From assembly GCF_016433145.1 (NCBI RefSeq), contig NC_058132.1, forward strand, positions 20,342,945 through 20,406,830: a DNA stretch of 63,886 nt, written 5' to 3'. The position numbers were made by a program, and so were the translations under genes. A model generated the notes under the pieces. The model saw nothing but the letters and a program-made list of their open reading frames with translations. It did not search any database and had not been told where the DNA came from. Positions 1-12,090 of the stretch are shown here, piece after piece. The number at the start of each line of letters is the position of its first letter. The stretch's first letter is position 1. This DNA comes from Gracilinanus agilis. Lineage: Eukaryota.

Positions 1-153
1 GGTCAATATACTGCATTGGTTCCGAAGCAGAAGAGCAGAAAGTCTGGCAATGGGGGCTAAGTGACTTGCCCGGGGCCACACAGAAGGAATATCTGATGTC
101 AGATTTGAACACAGGACCTTCTGTCTCTGGGCCAAGCTCTCAACCCACTGAGC
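1..153 (-). mobile_element. Diverged marsupial tRNA-derived SINE
   Basis: Reverse complement of the SINE core (gcaatgggggctaagtgacttgccc...gatttgaac...ccactgagc) shared with younger copies in the window. Confidence 0.85.
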
Positions 154-572
154 TTTTCCATGTTGTTTTCTATGTAAGGTAATTTGGAAATGCATTCATC
201 TGAACTGAGGCCATTTGACTGGTAATGGTTTTTGTTTCAAGTTCCGAATCCTTAATGTTGTATATGATATATTCTTTGTTAACAGTCTATCTTCTAACGT
301 GGATGTACTGAATTTTGAGCTGAGCTGTCAAAAAAAGAAAACCGTTTTGTCTGGTTCCTTCAGCTTATCTTCACGTGTCATGATCCTGACACTTGAATAG
401 GTTTAAGTGATTCATTGTCAAAAAAGACAGTTGTCAAGAGAAGAAAGATAAATTCTCAGCGTCTATAAGAAAACTTTTTCTTTTATCCCATCCTTGATAG
501 ACTCAGCCCTTTTGGGAGAACTCCTGGCTAATGTTTCAGAGAGGCTGCCCCTTGGGTTAGTTACTTTCTCAC

Positions 573-668
573 TGGGCTCAGGGTCTCTTGGGGCCTCTCC
601 CTTGGACATCCCTAGAGTTCCTCCTCTCTCCAATGGGGAGATCACATCTGTTTTCAAAAGTGGAAGTC
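573..668 (-). pseudogene. Degenerate KRAB-B exon of a minus-strand KRAB-ZNF relic
   Basis: 96-bp exon, acceptor atgatcag, donor gtgaga; translates GLPLLKTDVISPLERGGTLGMSKGEAPRDPEP; the usual PW motif is lost. Confidence 0.8.
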
Positions 669-1177
669 CTGATCATGGGGAGAGAAATGAAGAAGTTCTG
701 GTATAGAAAGCTGTTTTAGAGTCCCATCTTGGTCCCTTTCAATTCAGAGAAAAGAGGCAGGTGCTGAGAGGGACCAGAGCCAGAGCTTATTCCCTCTATG
801 AGGATGGAGGCCTGATCTAATTAGGACTCAGAGATCCCTACTGTCTATTCACTGACCTGTCTCCCTTCTAAGAGGAGAGGACCTTCTCCTGTCTTAGGGC
901 GTCCTGGTTCCTGGGACTGAGTGAAAATCTGTGACCTGGGAAGTGAGAAAGTTGGCAAGTTAGAGCTTCAAGGCTAGGACCATGCAGGATCAGGATGCTC
1001 ACCCACAAAAGGCATAGAGACTCCCACGATCTCCCCCCAACTGAAGTGCTCAATTCTATCATTGCAGAGAGATCCCCAGTTCAGGAGACCTTGTTCGTCA
1101 CCTCAGAGTTTGCCAAAGGAGAAGCAGAGACATCCCAGGGGTCAGGGCCTGGGCTGGGGGAGAGAGGGTGTCCTTAA

Positions 1178-1304
1178 TCAGAGAGACAAGGCTCTCAACG
1201 TTCTCCAGCATCATTTCCTTGTACAGGGCTCTCTGAACAGGGGTCAGCTGGTTCCACTCGGTGCAAGAGAGGTGCACAGTCACATCCCAGCACATCGCCA
1301 GCTC
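1178..1304 (-). pseudogene. KRAB-A exon with dead splice donor
   Basis: 127 bp, acceptor ttctag; ELAMCWDVTVHLSCTEWNQLTPVQRALYKEMMLENVESLVSL; the expected G|gtaagg donor reads A|ttaagg. Confidence 0.85.
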
Positions 1305-1574
1305 CTAGAAGGTCCCACACGTCTCTCCTGACCCAGGTACCTTCCTCTCATGGCTCCTGGGGGACACAGAGCACTGATGGGAGTAGGAGGGAGTAGGAAG
1401 CTTTTCATGGCAGGCATTTGCTGAGTCCCTTCCAAGAAATAGCCTCCTCATGGGCTAGATTCCCAGGCATGGAGATGGTGCCCTTTACTGTTCTTCTTAA
1501 GAGAACTCAGAAAAAGTCTCCTCCCAGTGAGGTCCCAGCAAGTCCTGCCCTTTACATGGAAAGCCCTAAACAGC

Positions 1575-1606
1575 CCAATCAACGCTACTTGGCTGCCATC
1601 TTCCGG
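1575..1606 (-). promoter_or_regulatory. Candidate promoter of the minus-strand KRAB gene (ETS-YY1 composite plus CCAAT)
   Basis: gccatcttccgg at 1595-1606 (reverse CCGGAAGATGGC) and CCAAT at 1575-1579. Confidence 0.55.
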
Positions 1607-2224
1607 CTACATATCCAACAGGAACCCTGTATTCAGGTGTGATTGCTGATGTTCATGTTCACTAGAATCGTAATTTCTAATTAGTTGTAGGCTAGCATGT
1701 AGCCACTCTCTGTCACTGGTTCCCTTGTTCTAGAAAAATTGACTTTCAAAAACCAGCAAAGAAACTGGAGTACATCTTTCCTTGTCTCTAGCCACAAATG
1801 GGTGTCTCACTACTTTACCTGCCTCTCTGTGCGTCTGTGTCGGAATCCCAGGGAATCCTCCCAACTGCAGGCCTGGAGCTCTATTCACTGGGTCTGTATC
1901 TATCTATCTGTCTGTCTGTCTCTTCCTACAGAAACACTCAAGAGATGAAGATGATGAGAGACAAAGACATCAGTGCCATTTCAAAGGGTGCATAGGAGTC
2001 TGGGTGATGCTGACAGTAAAAGCCAACATTTATGCAGTGCCCACTATAGCTCCCTGGGAGGCTGGCATGGAGGGACAGGGACAGGTGCCCTGGTTTAGAG
2101 GGCATCTGTGCATGACTCAAAGGAAGGCTATTACTGAACTAGGCAGAGATGGAGGCAGAAAGGGCATTGCAGGAATCTGGAATAATGTGGGGAGGGCAGG
2201 GGAGGAATACATATTTATTCAGCA

Positions 2225-2410
2225 TTCTGTGTGCCAGACACTGTGCTAAGCACTTTATAATTTTACTGCACTGGACCCTTACAACCACCCTGGGAAGGGA
2301 GGTGCTATTACCTTTTTTTATAGTTGAAGAAAGTGAGGCAGACAGAGGTGATTTGCCCAGAGTCACATATCTAGATAGTGTTTGAGGCTGGTTTTGAACT
2401 CAGATCTTCC
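2225..2410 (-). mobile_element. MAR1/MIR-type CORE-SINE
   Basis: CORE-like segment acaaccaccctgggaagggaggtgctatt...gtgatttgcccagagtcaca...tttgaactcag. Confidence 0.7.
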
Positions 2411-3399
2411 ATCAAGTCATGAACTGCCCCTAATGATGCCACCAGAATGAAGAGTCCAGAAAGGTTGAAATAGGATTCATGTGGAGGAGTGTAGGAAGTT
2501 GAGTCCAGGACGGGGAGCCTTGAATTCAGAATCCTTTCTTTGCTAGGGAAGAGACATTGATGGGAAGGCTCTGAGTCCAGGAAGGACTGGAGAGAGGCCT
2601 CCTTGGGTCAGGGAAGCCCAAACATCTGTCCCAGAACTGAGAGCTAGTTCCATCTAGGAGGGCTGAGGTGAAAGGAAGGAACCCATGGTTCCCCTACTCT
2701 TGCCCAGCCTGAACCTCTTCCCCTGTCTCTGGGCTCAGCCATTTAATTCATATCCCCAAACTACCTTTGTTCCCAGAAAGTATAAGGGACACAAATTCAA
2801 ATCTTGCCTCTGACATTTATGATTTGGGTTAATTTTGGGCAAGTACTTTCCCTTCTCTGGCCCTTAGTTTCCTTTTCTGTAAAATGAGAGGGATGGGTTC
2901 CATGACTCTTGAGGTCCTTCCCAGCTCTAGATGTGAGAGGCCATAGCTGTCCCATTGATGGACTCAGCTCCTTCTGTCCTCCAATCTCCCTTCTCGTCAC
3001 TACAGACTCCCAACCTCCAGGTCAAAGAAGAAGGTGAAGTTGGGATGAGTAAGTCTGGGGTTCAGACTGCAAGGACAACAGGGATGCCTGCCTAGTGGGG
3101 TAGGGAATATAAGGAGGGAAATGACTGGGAGTCCCAGGAGGGAGGTAGGGTCTGGATATCCTATTTTGGAAGAAGATGAGTGTAGCAGGGAGAGAGCAAC
3201 AGCTGGAAGAAGCCAAGAGACTCTGCTCAGAGGAGGAGGGTCTGAATATGAGAGCAGGGTTTGGGAGGGAGGGAGAGGGAGGGGGACTCTCCCGGATGAC
3301 CAGTCTGCTGGGTAGCGGCTCAGGTGGAATTCGAGCCCTGGTGGAGTGTGGAGGCCTGGGAGGAGTCTAGAGTAGAAGGGTTATTTCAGTGGCCCAGAC

Positions 3400-3687
3400 A
3401 TTCCACGTGATGGAAAGCAGGGCTTGGGGCGGAGAAGTGAGCAGGCTCAGAGAGCCAGGCTCTAGCAGCCATTGGAGGAAAGGGAAGATGCTGGGGTTTC
3501 AGCTGGAATAGGCAGGGCGGGGCTTTTGGGACTAGAAGGATCTGCCCAGAGTGGTTGACTGAAAGCCTCAGCTGTTGAAGCTGAGATTGCTCTGTCTTCT
3601 TCCCTTGGAGCTGAAATCACTCTGCCTTCCCTTGCAGCTAAGATCCTTCTGCCTTCCAGAAGACAGATCTGTGCATGCAGATACAAG
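3400..3687 (+). promoter_or_regulatory. Candidate promoter and non-coding first exon of the plus-strand KRAB-ZNF
   Basis: CACGTG 3404-3409, GC boxes 3426-3434 and 3515-3523, then donor aag|gtaggt at 3687/3688. Confidence 0.5.
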
Positions 3688-4991
3688 GTAGGTCTGAGTC
3701 AGGAAACCATGCAGCACTCAGTTTCTGCTGGCTTTCTTTTTGATCTCATGCCCCCCATTTGACCTCATGTTGACTGTCCCTACAGGGCCACCAGAAACCC
3801 CCTCCTTCCTATGGTTGGCTCCCCAGCTGGCTTTCCATTCCTGTCTCTTTCATCACAACCCAAATATCTCAGGTCACCATCCCAGCTTTACCACTGGCTC
3901 ACACTTGCTCAACCTTTAGACCTTCCCCGTAGAAACCCAGGTGTTCTGTCTACCTGGCCCCAGCTCCTGTTCAGGTTTTCAGTTGTTCCTCTAACATCCC
4001 AGGCTCTCTGTACAGACCCTGGAGTCCTGCCTTCTTGCCCACAGTACCCAGTTAAGATCCAGGGATCACATCTTCCTGACCTATCCTTAACTGGACCTGT
4101 GGCTCTCCTGCTGGCTCCCTATCATATCTCAAACATTTGACTCCCTGTCTCAAATTTCCCTCCCTCCAGGGACCCAGATGACCAGACTGTGAGCCTAAGC
4201 TCCAAAAGAGGGTCCCAGGAGTCCTTCCCAGCTCCTTGCTAGCCCCCACGACACAGTCATCCTACTTTCCCAGGCTCAGCTGTCCTGCTGTCACTCAGAT
4301 GTCCCTCTCTCTGTGTCCTTAGCTTTGTTACATTATACAGCCTCCCAGATCCTTCCTCATTGGCCTCTCTGCCCCTACTTTTTTTAGATCCCTCGGGCCC
4401 AATGCCAGGTAACTCAATACCAGACAGGATTCTATCAGGCTTCCTCTGGTCATTCCTGGCAGCTCCATCCCAGAGCCCTCCCTATCCTCAACCTTCTTTA
4501 GCTCCCTTTCTTCCTAGATCAACCAGATGTCTGTTGTCTAGATTCTGTTTGTGTGTGAGTTGGGGAAAGGGGCTGCTGGGGAGGGGGCATGAAGCAGAAG
4601 ACCAGTTGGAGGGAGAGCTCTGACTTGGGGGCCATTGAGGCTCTGGGGTCCCAAAGCCCTTTTTGCCTCCTGGGTCCCTGTAGCAGGTTGGGGCAGAAGA
4701 GAAGAAGTAAGGGGCCAGAGGAGGTCATCTTCCCATTCAGACCACTTTCATTTTCATACCTAAGCCTACCTGCTGCCTCCTCTGTTGATTGGAGTCTCTG
4801 TGTTGATGACAGGGCCAGGGCCTTTGTAATTTCTGGGGGATCTCAGTCTATAAATCCATGTAGGCCAGTCTCCAGCCTAGGAAGAGAAGGGAAAGACATC
4901 CCCTGCCTGGAATCCTTCTCTGTCTTCCTGTCCAGCTCAGTCAGAAGAAGACTAAGGCCTGGCCCAAGCAGAGAGCCTGCAGCCAGAGGAA

Positions 4992-5024
4992 ATGGCCCCT
5001 GGAAGCTCCAGAGCCGGACCCCAG
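4992..5024 (+). CDS. KRAB-ZNF coding exon 1 (MAPGSSRAGPQ)
   Basis: ATG at 4992 within an exon with acceptor at 4935/4936; donor cag|gtgagt; phase 0 fits the KRAB-A exon. Confidence 0.75.
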
Positions 5025-5624
5025 GTGAGTGCAGACTTTTCACAGGCTTGACTAACATTAGCCAAGGAGGCTGAGACCATTTCCATAGACAGAGGATTGT
5101 CTAGGAAGCTGGCCATCTCTGCTACCTTTACAGAAACGGAATGAAATGGAATAGAGTAGTAACAACTCTGCCCTGCTGTCTTCTGGGTTTTGAACTGATT
5201 CATGGCACTTGGGCATTGTGAACACTTGCCCCCCTCTGACAATTGCTGCTCTCCCATGGTTTTTTTCTTTTTTAAGTTCTTTCTCATCACATCTGACTGC
5301 TAAGAACAACCACCCGATTCATTATTTCCCATTCCATCGATGCTGTGGTTTTGCTAGCATCTCCACTCCTCCTCCTCCCAACTCGTCCCCCCTTCTCTTT
5401 GTTTCTTTTGGCCAGCTTCTCCCTGGTAGCAATGAAAGTCAAGAAAACTCCTTCACAGTTGTGCCTTGTCTGCTCAGGCCTAAAGCAGAGCCCTGAAGGC
5501 TTCCTTGGCTCTCGTCCTTCCCAGTGTCTTCATATGAACAGAACTTGTCCTCCTTCTTGGTTCTGCCCATTTCCCTTTGCCTTAGCTCACACAAGTCTTC
5601 CCAGGTCGCTGAATCCTTCTCATT

Positions 5625-5960
5625 GACCATTTCTTATGTCAAATCAAGAAGCTGTTAGGAAGTGGCTACTCTGTGCCAGGCACTGTCCAAAACTTCTGGG
5701 GACACAAAGGAAGATGAAAAGCAATGCCAGTCCCTGCCCTCAGGGAGCTCACAGTCTAGTGAGGGAGCCCTCACATCAGCAGGTGTGCCCAAACAAGCTC
5801 TCCCCAGTAGGGAAGGGATGTATTCTGAGAGGGAAGAGTCTAGCAATTTTGAGACCATGAAAATCATTTTTTCAGAAGATGAGATCTTAGCAGAGACTGA
5901 GAGGAAGCTGGAAGGGGCAATGTGAGGTGGTAAGTACATTCCAAATATGAGACATAGTGT
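5625..5960 (-). mobile_element. L2 LINE 3-prime fragment
   Basis: tactctgtgccaggcactgt...ccctgccctcagggagctcacagtctag is the typical reverse L2 tail. Confidence 0.75.
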
Positions 5961-6499
5961 AGGACTATACAGCTAAAAAGTGTCCAAGCCTAAATTTGAA
6001 TTCAGATCTTCCTGACTCCAGATCCAGGAGCTGAGTCACCAATTCTTTCTAACTAAGGAAAGTTCCCTCCATACCCATTTCCCTGATTTTCTCCTACCCA
6101 CCCCACCCCCACCTGCACTCCCCCCATAAAAAAGAAAGGAAAAAGAAGCATTTAAAAAATTCTGAGAAGGGAACAGAAGAACTTTGGGACAGATACAGAG
6201 ACAAGGTAAACCTCTTAGAAAGGGACATGCTGATAATAGTAATTTAAAAAGAAGCTGAACAGAACAGGGATTCATGGCTTCACATCTAATCAGCTCTTTC
6301 TCTTCTCTGCATTTGGGAATATTTTCCCTATTTAGGGTGGTCATTATATTTAGAATAAATTTAAAAATAAAAAAATCCTTAGCTTCCTTTAAGAGTTAGC
6401 TCAAATGATACCCTTTTAAGGAAACTTCCCACGTGAGATTAACATCTGCCACTCTTATGTGTTTTGTAGGCAGTCAGGTGGTGTGAACAAGAAATAAGT

Positions 6500-8720
6500 C
6501 ATGAGCCTAAATCATCAATCAAATTATTTCCTAAAGGCCTTCTGTGTGGCAGGCACTGTGCTAAGCCTTAGAGATACAAAAAGAGACAAGAGACGAGCAA
6601 GGCCCTTAAGAGCTTACAATCTAACAGAGGAGACAACATGGAAACCAATATATACAAAGTAAACTATATACGGCGTACAAGTGTCCCTTCTTCATCCTGA
6701 CTTTCCCCATCATGGTTTTAATAAATCCTTCATGGGTTGACATAAGATTGGGAATTTTTTGGGAGAGTTGAAGAAGCTGCAAATGACACACAAAGGCCAG
6801 TAGATGCCACAGAAAAAGTTAAGAAACTCAGAAATACATAAAATACATGTATTGCATTATATGTCAGTATATTTCAATTTTTAATGCAATGCATCTACAC
6901 AATTTCTTTTTAAAATGAAAATAAGTAAAAAGTTATGGTTTGAAAAAAATGCAAAATCCAGCTGATGCCACACAAAGACTAGAAATATCAACATATCTTA
7001 ACAATGACCTACATGTGATCTATGACCAAATACTTAACCAATTATTACCTTACTTCTACATCCTGTTCACAATGAATTATTTCCTAAGTACCGGTATCCC
7101 TTTCTCATTAAGGGGGTTAGGGGAATGTTGCCCTGAGATCTGGAAAATCTGTGTAAATATTTTTGGCCCTCCCTTCATACCAGGATAGTATGAAATTTTT
7201 TTCTTATTATTTTATGGGATGTTTCCAATAGTATCACCAAGTTTCACCAAGTACCACCTCATTCTAGCCACCAATTCTATGCCATGTGTACTCATATGCT
7301 TGACTGATGAAACCTGACAGGAGTTTCACTGATCTGGACCATCAGATGTCAGTGTCTTATCAATGTCCTCAACAAGCTGTAGGCAGATAAATAGAATAAA
7401 AGTAAAAGTGGGAAGATGCTAGAATTGAGAGGAGTGGCAAAGGCTTCCTGTAGAAGGTTGGATTTTAGTTGTGAGTAGCTAGAAACCAGTAGAAATATGA
7501 GAAGAAAGAAGATTCTAATTATGGAGGACATCCAGAGAAAAAGCTCCAACCTAAGAGCCTCTGCTGTGAATAAATGTTATATAATAAAGAACAGTGAGTG
7601 ACTCACAAGTCTCTCTATATAATACAATACAAATATTTTATGAATTTCTGAGTTTCTAAACTTTTTCTGATTTGTCTGCTGGCCTTCACGTGTCATCTGG
7701 GGCTTCCATAAAACTCCCCACAAATTCCCATTTAATTTCTTATGCTGACCCATGATATATTGAAACTATGATGGAAAAAGTTGAGATATGGAAGCGATAT
7801 GTGTATGTATGTATGTATGTATATATATATATACACATATATCTATCTTAGTATGTATTTGTTTACATATTTTTCTCCTCCATTAGATTATAAGAACCAT
7901 GTGTCATTTTCCTATAGAGCAAGGAGGAGAGTGTCATTAGATCAATGAGTAGGTGGGAGGAAATAAGGTGTAAGAAAATTGGAATACTGAGTGATGTCTA
8001 GGGCATGAAGGACTTTGAATGCGAGATAATTTGTTTTTAATCCTGAAGATGATAGAGAGCCTCTGAATTTTATTGAAAAGAAGAGTCATATGAGCAGACT
8101 TGTGATTTAGGAAAATTACTCTTTGGACCAAATGGAAGATGCATTGGAATGCGAAGAGTCTTGAGGCAGGCTGACCTAGTCACAGGCTATTGGGATCTGA
8201 TCTCATTCAATCTCATACAAGGGTGAGATGATGAGAGCCTATACCAAGGTGGTTATAGTATAAGAGGAGAGAAGAGGGTGTATTCGAGAGATGTGGCAAG
8301 GTAACATTCACAGGCATTGGCAACAGATTGCATAAGAGGGCTGAGAAATGGAGACTGAGAATAATACTTGGGTTTTTGATAAAAGACAATATGATAATAA
8401 GTTCTCTTTTGGCCATGTTGAATTTCAGATAGCTATTGGACATCATGTTGGAGATATCTGAAAGGATTTTGAGAGCACAGGTAGCTCAAGATGAATGGCC
8501 TCACTTTTTAGGTAAAATAAGAGATAAGGTCCTGGAATGAGAATGAGTGGAAGTTAATAGTCAATTGATATTTATTAAGCACTTATTATGCATCAAGTCC
8601 TATATTAAGGTCTGGGAATTCAAATATAAAAAGAATGAAAGACAGTTCCTCCCCCAAGGAGTTTATAATCTAATGGGAGAAGACAACATATAAAAGGAAT
8701 CTGAAAAGTGGAGAGGGATG
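6500..8720 (-). mobile_element. Fragmented L2 LINE interrupted by DNA-transposon pieces
   Basis: L2-like segments at about 6500-6670, 7380-7550 and 7900-8720 continue one another around the insertions. Confidence 0.65.
6676..7805. mobile_element. Inverted pair of Tc1/mariner (Tigger-type) DNA transposon fragments
   Basis: 6676-6862 aligns with the reverse complement of about 7615-7805 (e.g. agaaaaagttaagaaactcagaaatacataaaata versus agaaaaagtttagaaactcagaaattcataaaata); TA-flanked ends; family name tentative. Confidence 0.6.
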
Positions 8721-10062
8721 AAAGGAGGTACCAGATACTGGGACATGATGGAGAAATCAATCAAAAGTCTCTAAGTAGTGTAGCCATGGGAGAAATGAAA
8801 TACTTGATCTTAGCTTTCTCATTAAATGGAGTTTGGAGTTCATGGCCCCATCCTCTAATCAGAGAGGCAGGAATTATGAGGTGTAATACCAAGACTGATG
8901 AGATTTTGTAGGATGATGAGGTTATTCCAATAATAAGCTTCCTGAGTACATGGCAGAGAAGTCAGAGAAGTCTGGAAGGTACTGTAGCCAGGTAAGAAAG
9001 GATATGTGTGAGCTCAGTTTTCTACTTAAATAGAGGTTTGGAGTTCATGAGCCTATCCCACAATGGTAAAGGATGGATATGTGAGGATTGAAAAGGAAAG
9101 AAGTTTGGATTAGGAGGAAATGAAATTTAGAAGTTTCTGTTGGGAGTGAGTTAGAGAATTAAATTATCAGTCAACAAAAGGAGTGCCTTCCTACAGTGAG
9201 AGCTCACAATGTGAATAAATGCTATGAAGTGAAGAACAGTGATTCAAGAGACTCTAGTGAAAGGAAAAAAAGGTATGTAAATTCTTGAGAATGTTACACA
9301 GTGGAAAATTGTCAATCAATACCTTAATTATTCAGAAGACAAATATTAGAAATAAAGGAACTTGAGGATGAAAATGATTGCAAATAGATCATGTCTCTTA
9401 AAGAAAAAATGAAAATGATGAAAAAGTTAAAAAGAGTTTTTTTTCTGCATGATAGAGAATTGCTCTAAAATAACAGAAACTCTTAAAAACTGCGTCATAT
9501 CACTATAGTGGAAATGGAAGAAAATGGGATGGAAGACCATCAGATTCTTAGCACATTGGCCAAACGTGTTCTACATTTAGCAAGTTAGAGGACTTGATGG
9601 CCTTTCTCAAGGATCAGTGTATTTTCAGATCTGGTCAATCTCTCCTTTATATTATTACTCAATCTGCCACAATATTCTCTTGACTCATTCTCTCAAGTTC
9701 CAAGTTCTAGGGGTATGTTTAAATCCTTTATTTCTCATAAGGAAATTGGCAGTGTCTTTCTCATAAATTAGATCAAGCTTCAACTTCAGTTAATAAAATA
9801 TTACCTTTATAATGAAATGAAAACTTCTTTCCCTTTCTTAGTTCATCTTATTTCTGTATAACTAAAGATTAAAATGAATGAATATGTGCTATTAACAAAT
9901 TAAAACTATTATAAAGCAAAGATAGAATATTTGGCAGCTATGACACATCATGCCCAGAACCACCACAAACCCTCAGTATAACAAAATCTGACTCTTTTCT
10001 CCTTGGCTAGAATTAGTTTTATGCCACTCAGTTCAGTCCAGATTGTGATTAATATTTCTCTC

Positions 10063-10200
10063 TTTTCTTTTTAACCCCTACCTTCCATCTTTTTGGTTCC
10101 AGGGCAGAAGAGTGGTAAGGGCTAGGCAATGGGGGCTAAGTGACTTGCCCAGGATCACACAACTAGGATGTATCTGAGGTCAGATTTGAACTCAGGATTT
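10063..10200 (-). mobile_element. SINE1-like element, left part (split by the ERV; resumes at 14567-14615)
   Basis: SINE sequence stops at gatttgaactcaggattt and resumes after the LTR with atttctggtttctag...caatccactgagccacccagctgc. Confidence 0.85.
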
Positions 10201-10272
10201 TGTAATGCAGGGTTTCTTGCATTACAACATTACCCTAGGTAATCCTGTCAGTTATCAGAATAGAATCTTGCC

Positions 10273-11407
10273 GATGACACTGTTTCTGTACTCCCTATAG
10301 TGGACAGGACTATCCTGCAATCTGGGGAGGGTATCATGCATGTGAAGTCATACAAGGCTTTTACTCCAAATGATCTGAAGGTACTCAGGAGGCGCTTCCC
10401 CCAATTTTTCATCTCTCCTTTCAAAAGTATAAAAAAAATGAAATGTGTCTTCACCCTATTCAACCCTAGCTTTGATGACATTGAATTTCTTTTGGGGGAG
10501 TTTTATTCACCCTCTGAGGAGAAGTTTTTGGCCTAAACTCGCACGAACCCTAACCTCACTGCTTGGCCTATGGTCCACCATGACCTGGAGTTAACATCTC
10601 ATGCAAATAGGAAATACCTGGTCCAATGCTGGACAGATTTACTTGAAGCAATGTGGCTCCATGCAAAAAGGCCAAACTCTTGGAAAAAATTTGAAAAGCT
10701 TAGGCAAGGAGTGGAAGAACACCCTAGCAGCTTCCTGGAGAGGGTAATGGAAGCAGCTGAGACAATACTAGGCCTTAGAGATGTGCATGCCCCAGAGACT
10801 ATCGATCATATTAGGAGGCAGTTTGTGAAGGGTGCTTCACTGCCAGTCCAGACCTATTTCTGGCAGAACTGTCCTCGGTGGGAATCATTGCCACTAGAAG
10901 ACATCAGGCAACATGCATCCTATATCCATTATTTCAAGCAAAAGGAGGTCAGGAAAGCTAGACAATCAGATTCAGAAAAGGACTCTGTATAGCTGATCTA
11001 AAAAGGCAACTTAAGCAAAGAAGGAAAAAGAAATCGAGGAAATAAAGAACTTCACCCTCCAGGCCAGTAAGGGGCATAGTCAATTCAGGCAGCCTGCTAG
11101 TGTCACCAAGCCCAAAACCTCTTCCCAAAGGTGTTATCTGTGTGGCCACCAAGGTCACATGGTTCTCACATTCAGGTTCAAACAACAAATAGACTTTGGT
11201 AGGGCTAACAACAATCCCAACCAGAGAGATAGGAACAATAAGAGGACATTTTACAACTCTAAATGGTCAAGCAATTCAGGAAGAGTTCAGGGCACGAAAC
11301 ATGATGACCAGTGTTGCAACCATTCTTGCAAGAGGTACAGCCAGTCTCAATCACTAGACCAAATGGAGAAATTCATAGCACAAGGTGAAATTCTGAAGTC
11401 CTTATGA
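10273..11407 (+). pseudogene. gag: ERV gag remnant (capsid plus nucleocapsid)
   Basis: MHR-like QGVEEHPSSFLERV; in-frame stop at 10534-10536; frameshift before the knuckle CYLCGHQGHMVLTF (11132-11173, last Cys replaced by Phe). Confidence 0.88.
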
Positions 11408-11559
11408 ATCGAGGCTTCAGGATCAGAAATGATTAACTGCAACAAGGACAAGGACGTGTGTATCACTAACCTAGGCATAGTGAATGTTTCTCAAAGATTG
11501 GGCATGGGAGAGCATATGTCTCTAGCAAGCTGCACAGAAAACAACGATATTTCTGTGGC

Positions 11560-12090
11560 AGAAGACCAAGAATGGGAGGATATAATGCAAATGAGCAAAG
11601 AGATTTATGGGGCAATTGAGGATGACTATAAAAGGAGTCTGCTTTCTCATTCCACTGCAAAAGGCTTGGATCTGAAGCAAAAGGACCATCCAAGAATTTG
11701 TAAGGGCTTTCCTCCAGAAGCTTTACAATCTTGGTTAGACATGGACATCCACCTTACCAAGGGAAGTCACTTCAAAGCATCCATAACCTATCACATCTGG
11801 GTATGGAATGCAAGCTCTATGAGTACATTAAGTTTCTCAAACAGCACTTAGATCAGCTTCATAAGTTGGCTTTGATACATCAAAGAATTCCCTTTGATTT
11901 TAGTCTATACAACTTCCAGCCTGGAGATTATGTCTACATAAGAACTTTTATGAGGAAGTCTGTGTTAGAACCTAAATGGCATGGACCATCCCAAATAATC
12001 TTAATGACCCCTAGTGCAATCAAAGTTAAGGGGAGGGATCCATGGTTCCATGTCACCCATGTCAAGCCAGCAAAAGATATGTCCCAATAA
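11560..12090 (+). pseudogene. pol: ERV integrase C-terminal remnant
   Basis: FQPGDYVYIRTFMRKSVLEPKWHGPSQIILMTPSAIKVKGRDPWFHVTHVKPA matches the gamma-type IN C-terminal pattern; no protease or RT motifs seen upstream. Confidence 0.85.

Noticed and set aside
1349-1400. Plus-strand ATGGCTCCTGGG resembling the MAPG start exon
   Set aside because: Wrong strand for the adjacent KRAB exons and no suitable donor follows
8810-9060. Diverged repeat of about 45 bp (tttggagttcatg core) at 8811 and 9016
   Set aside because: Short, degenerate and within old LINE debris; no supportable function
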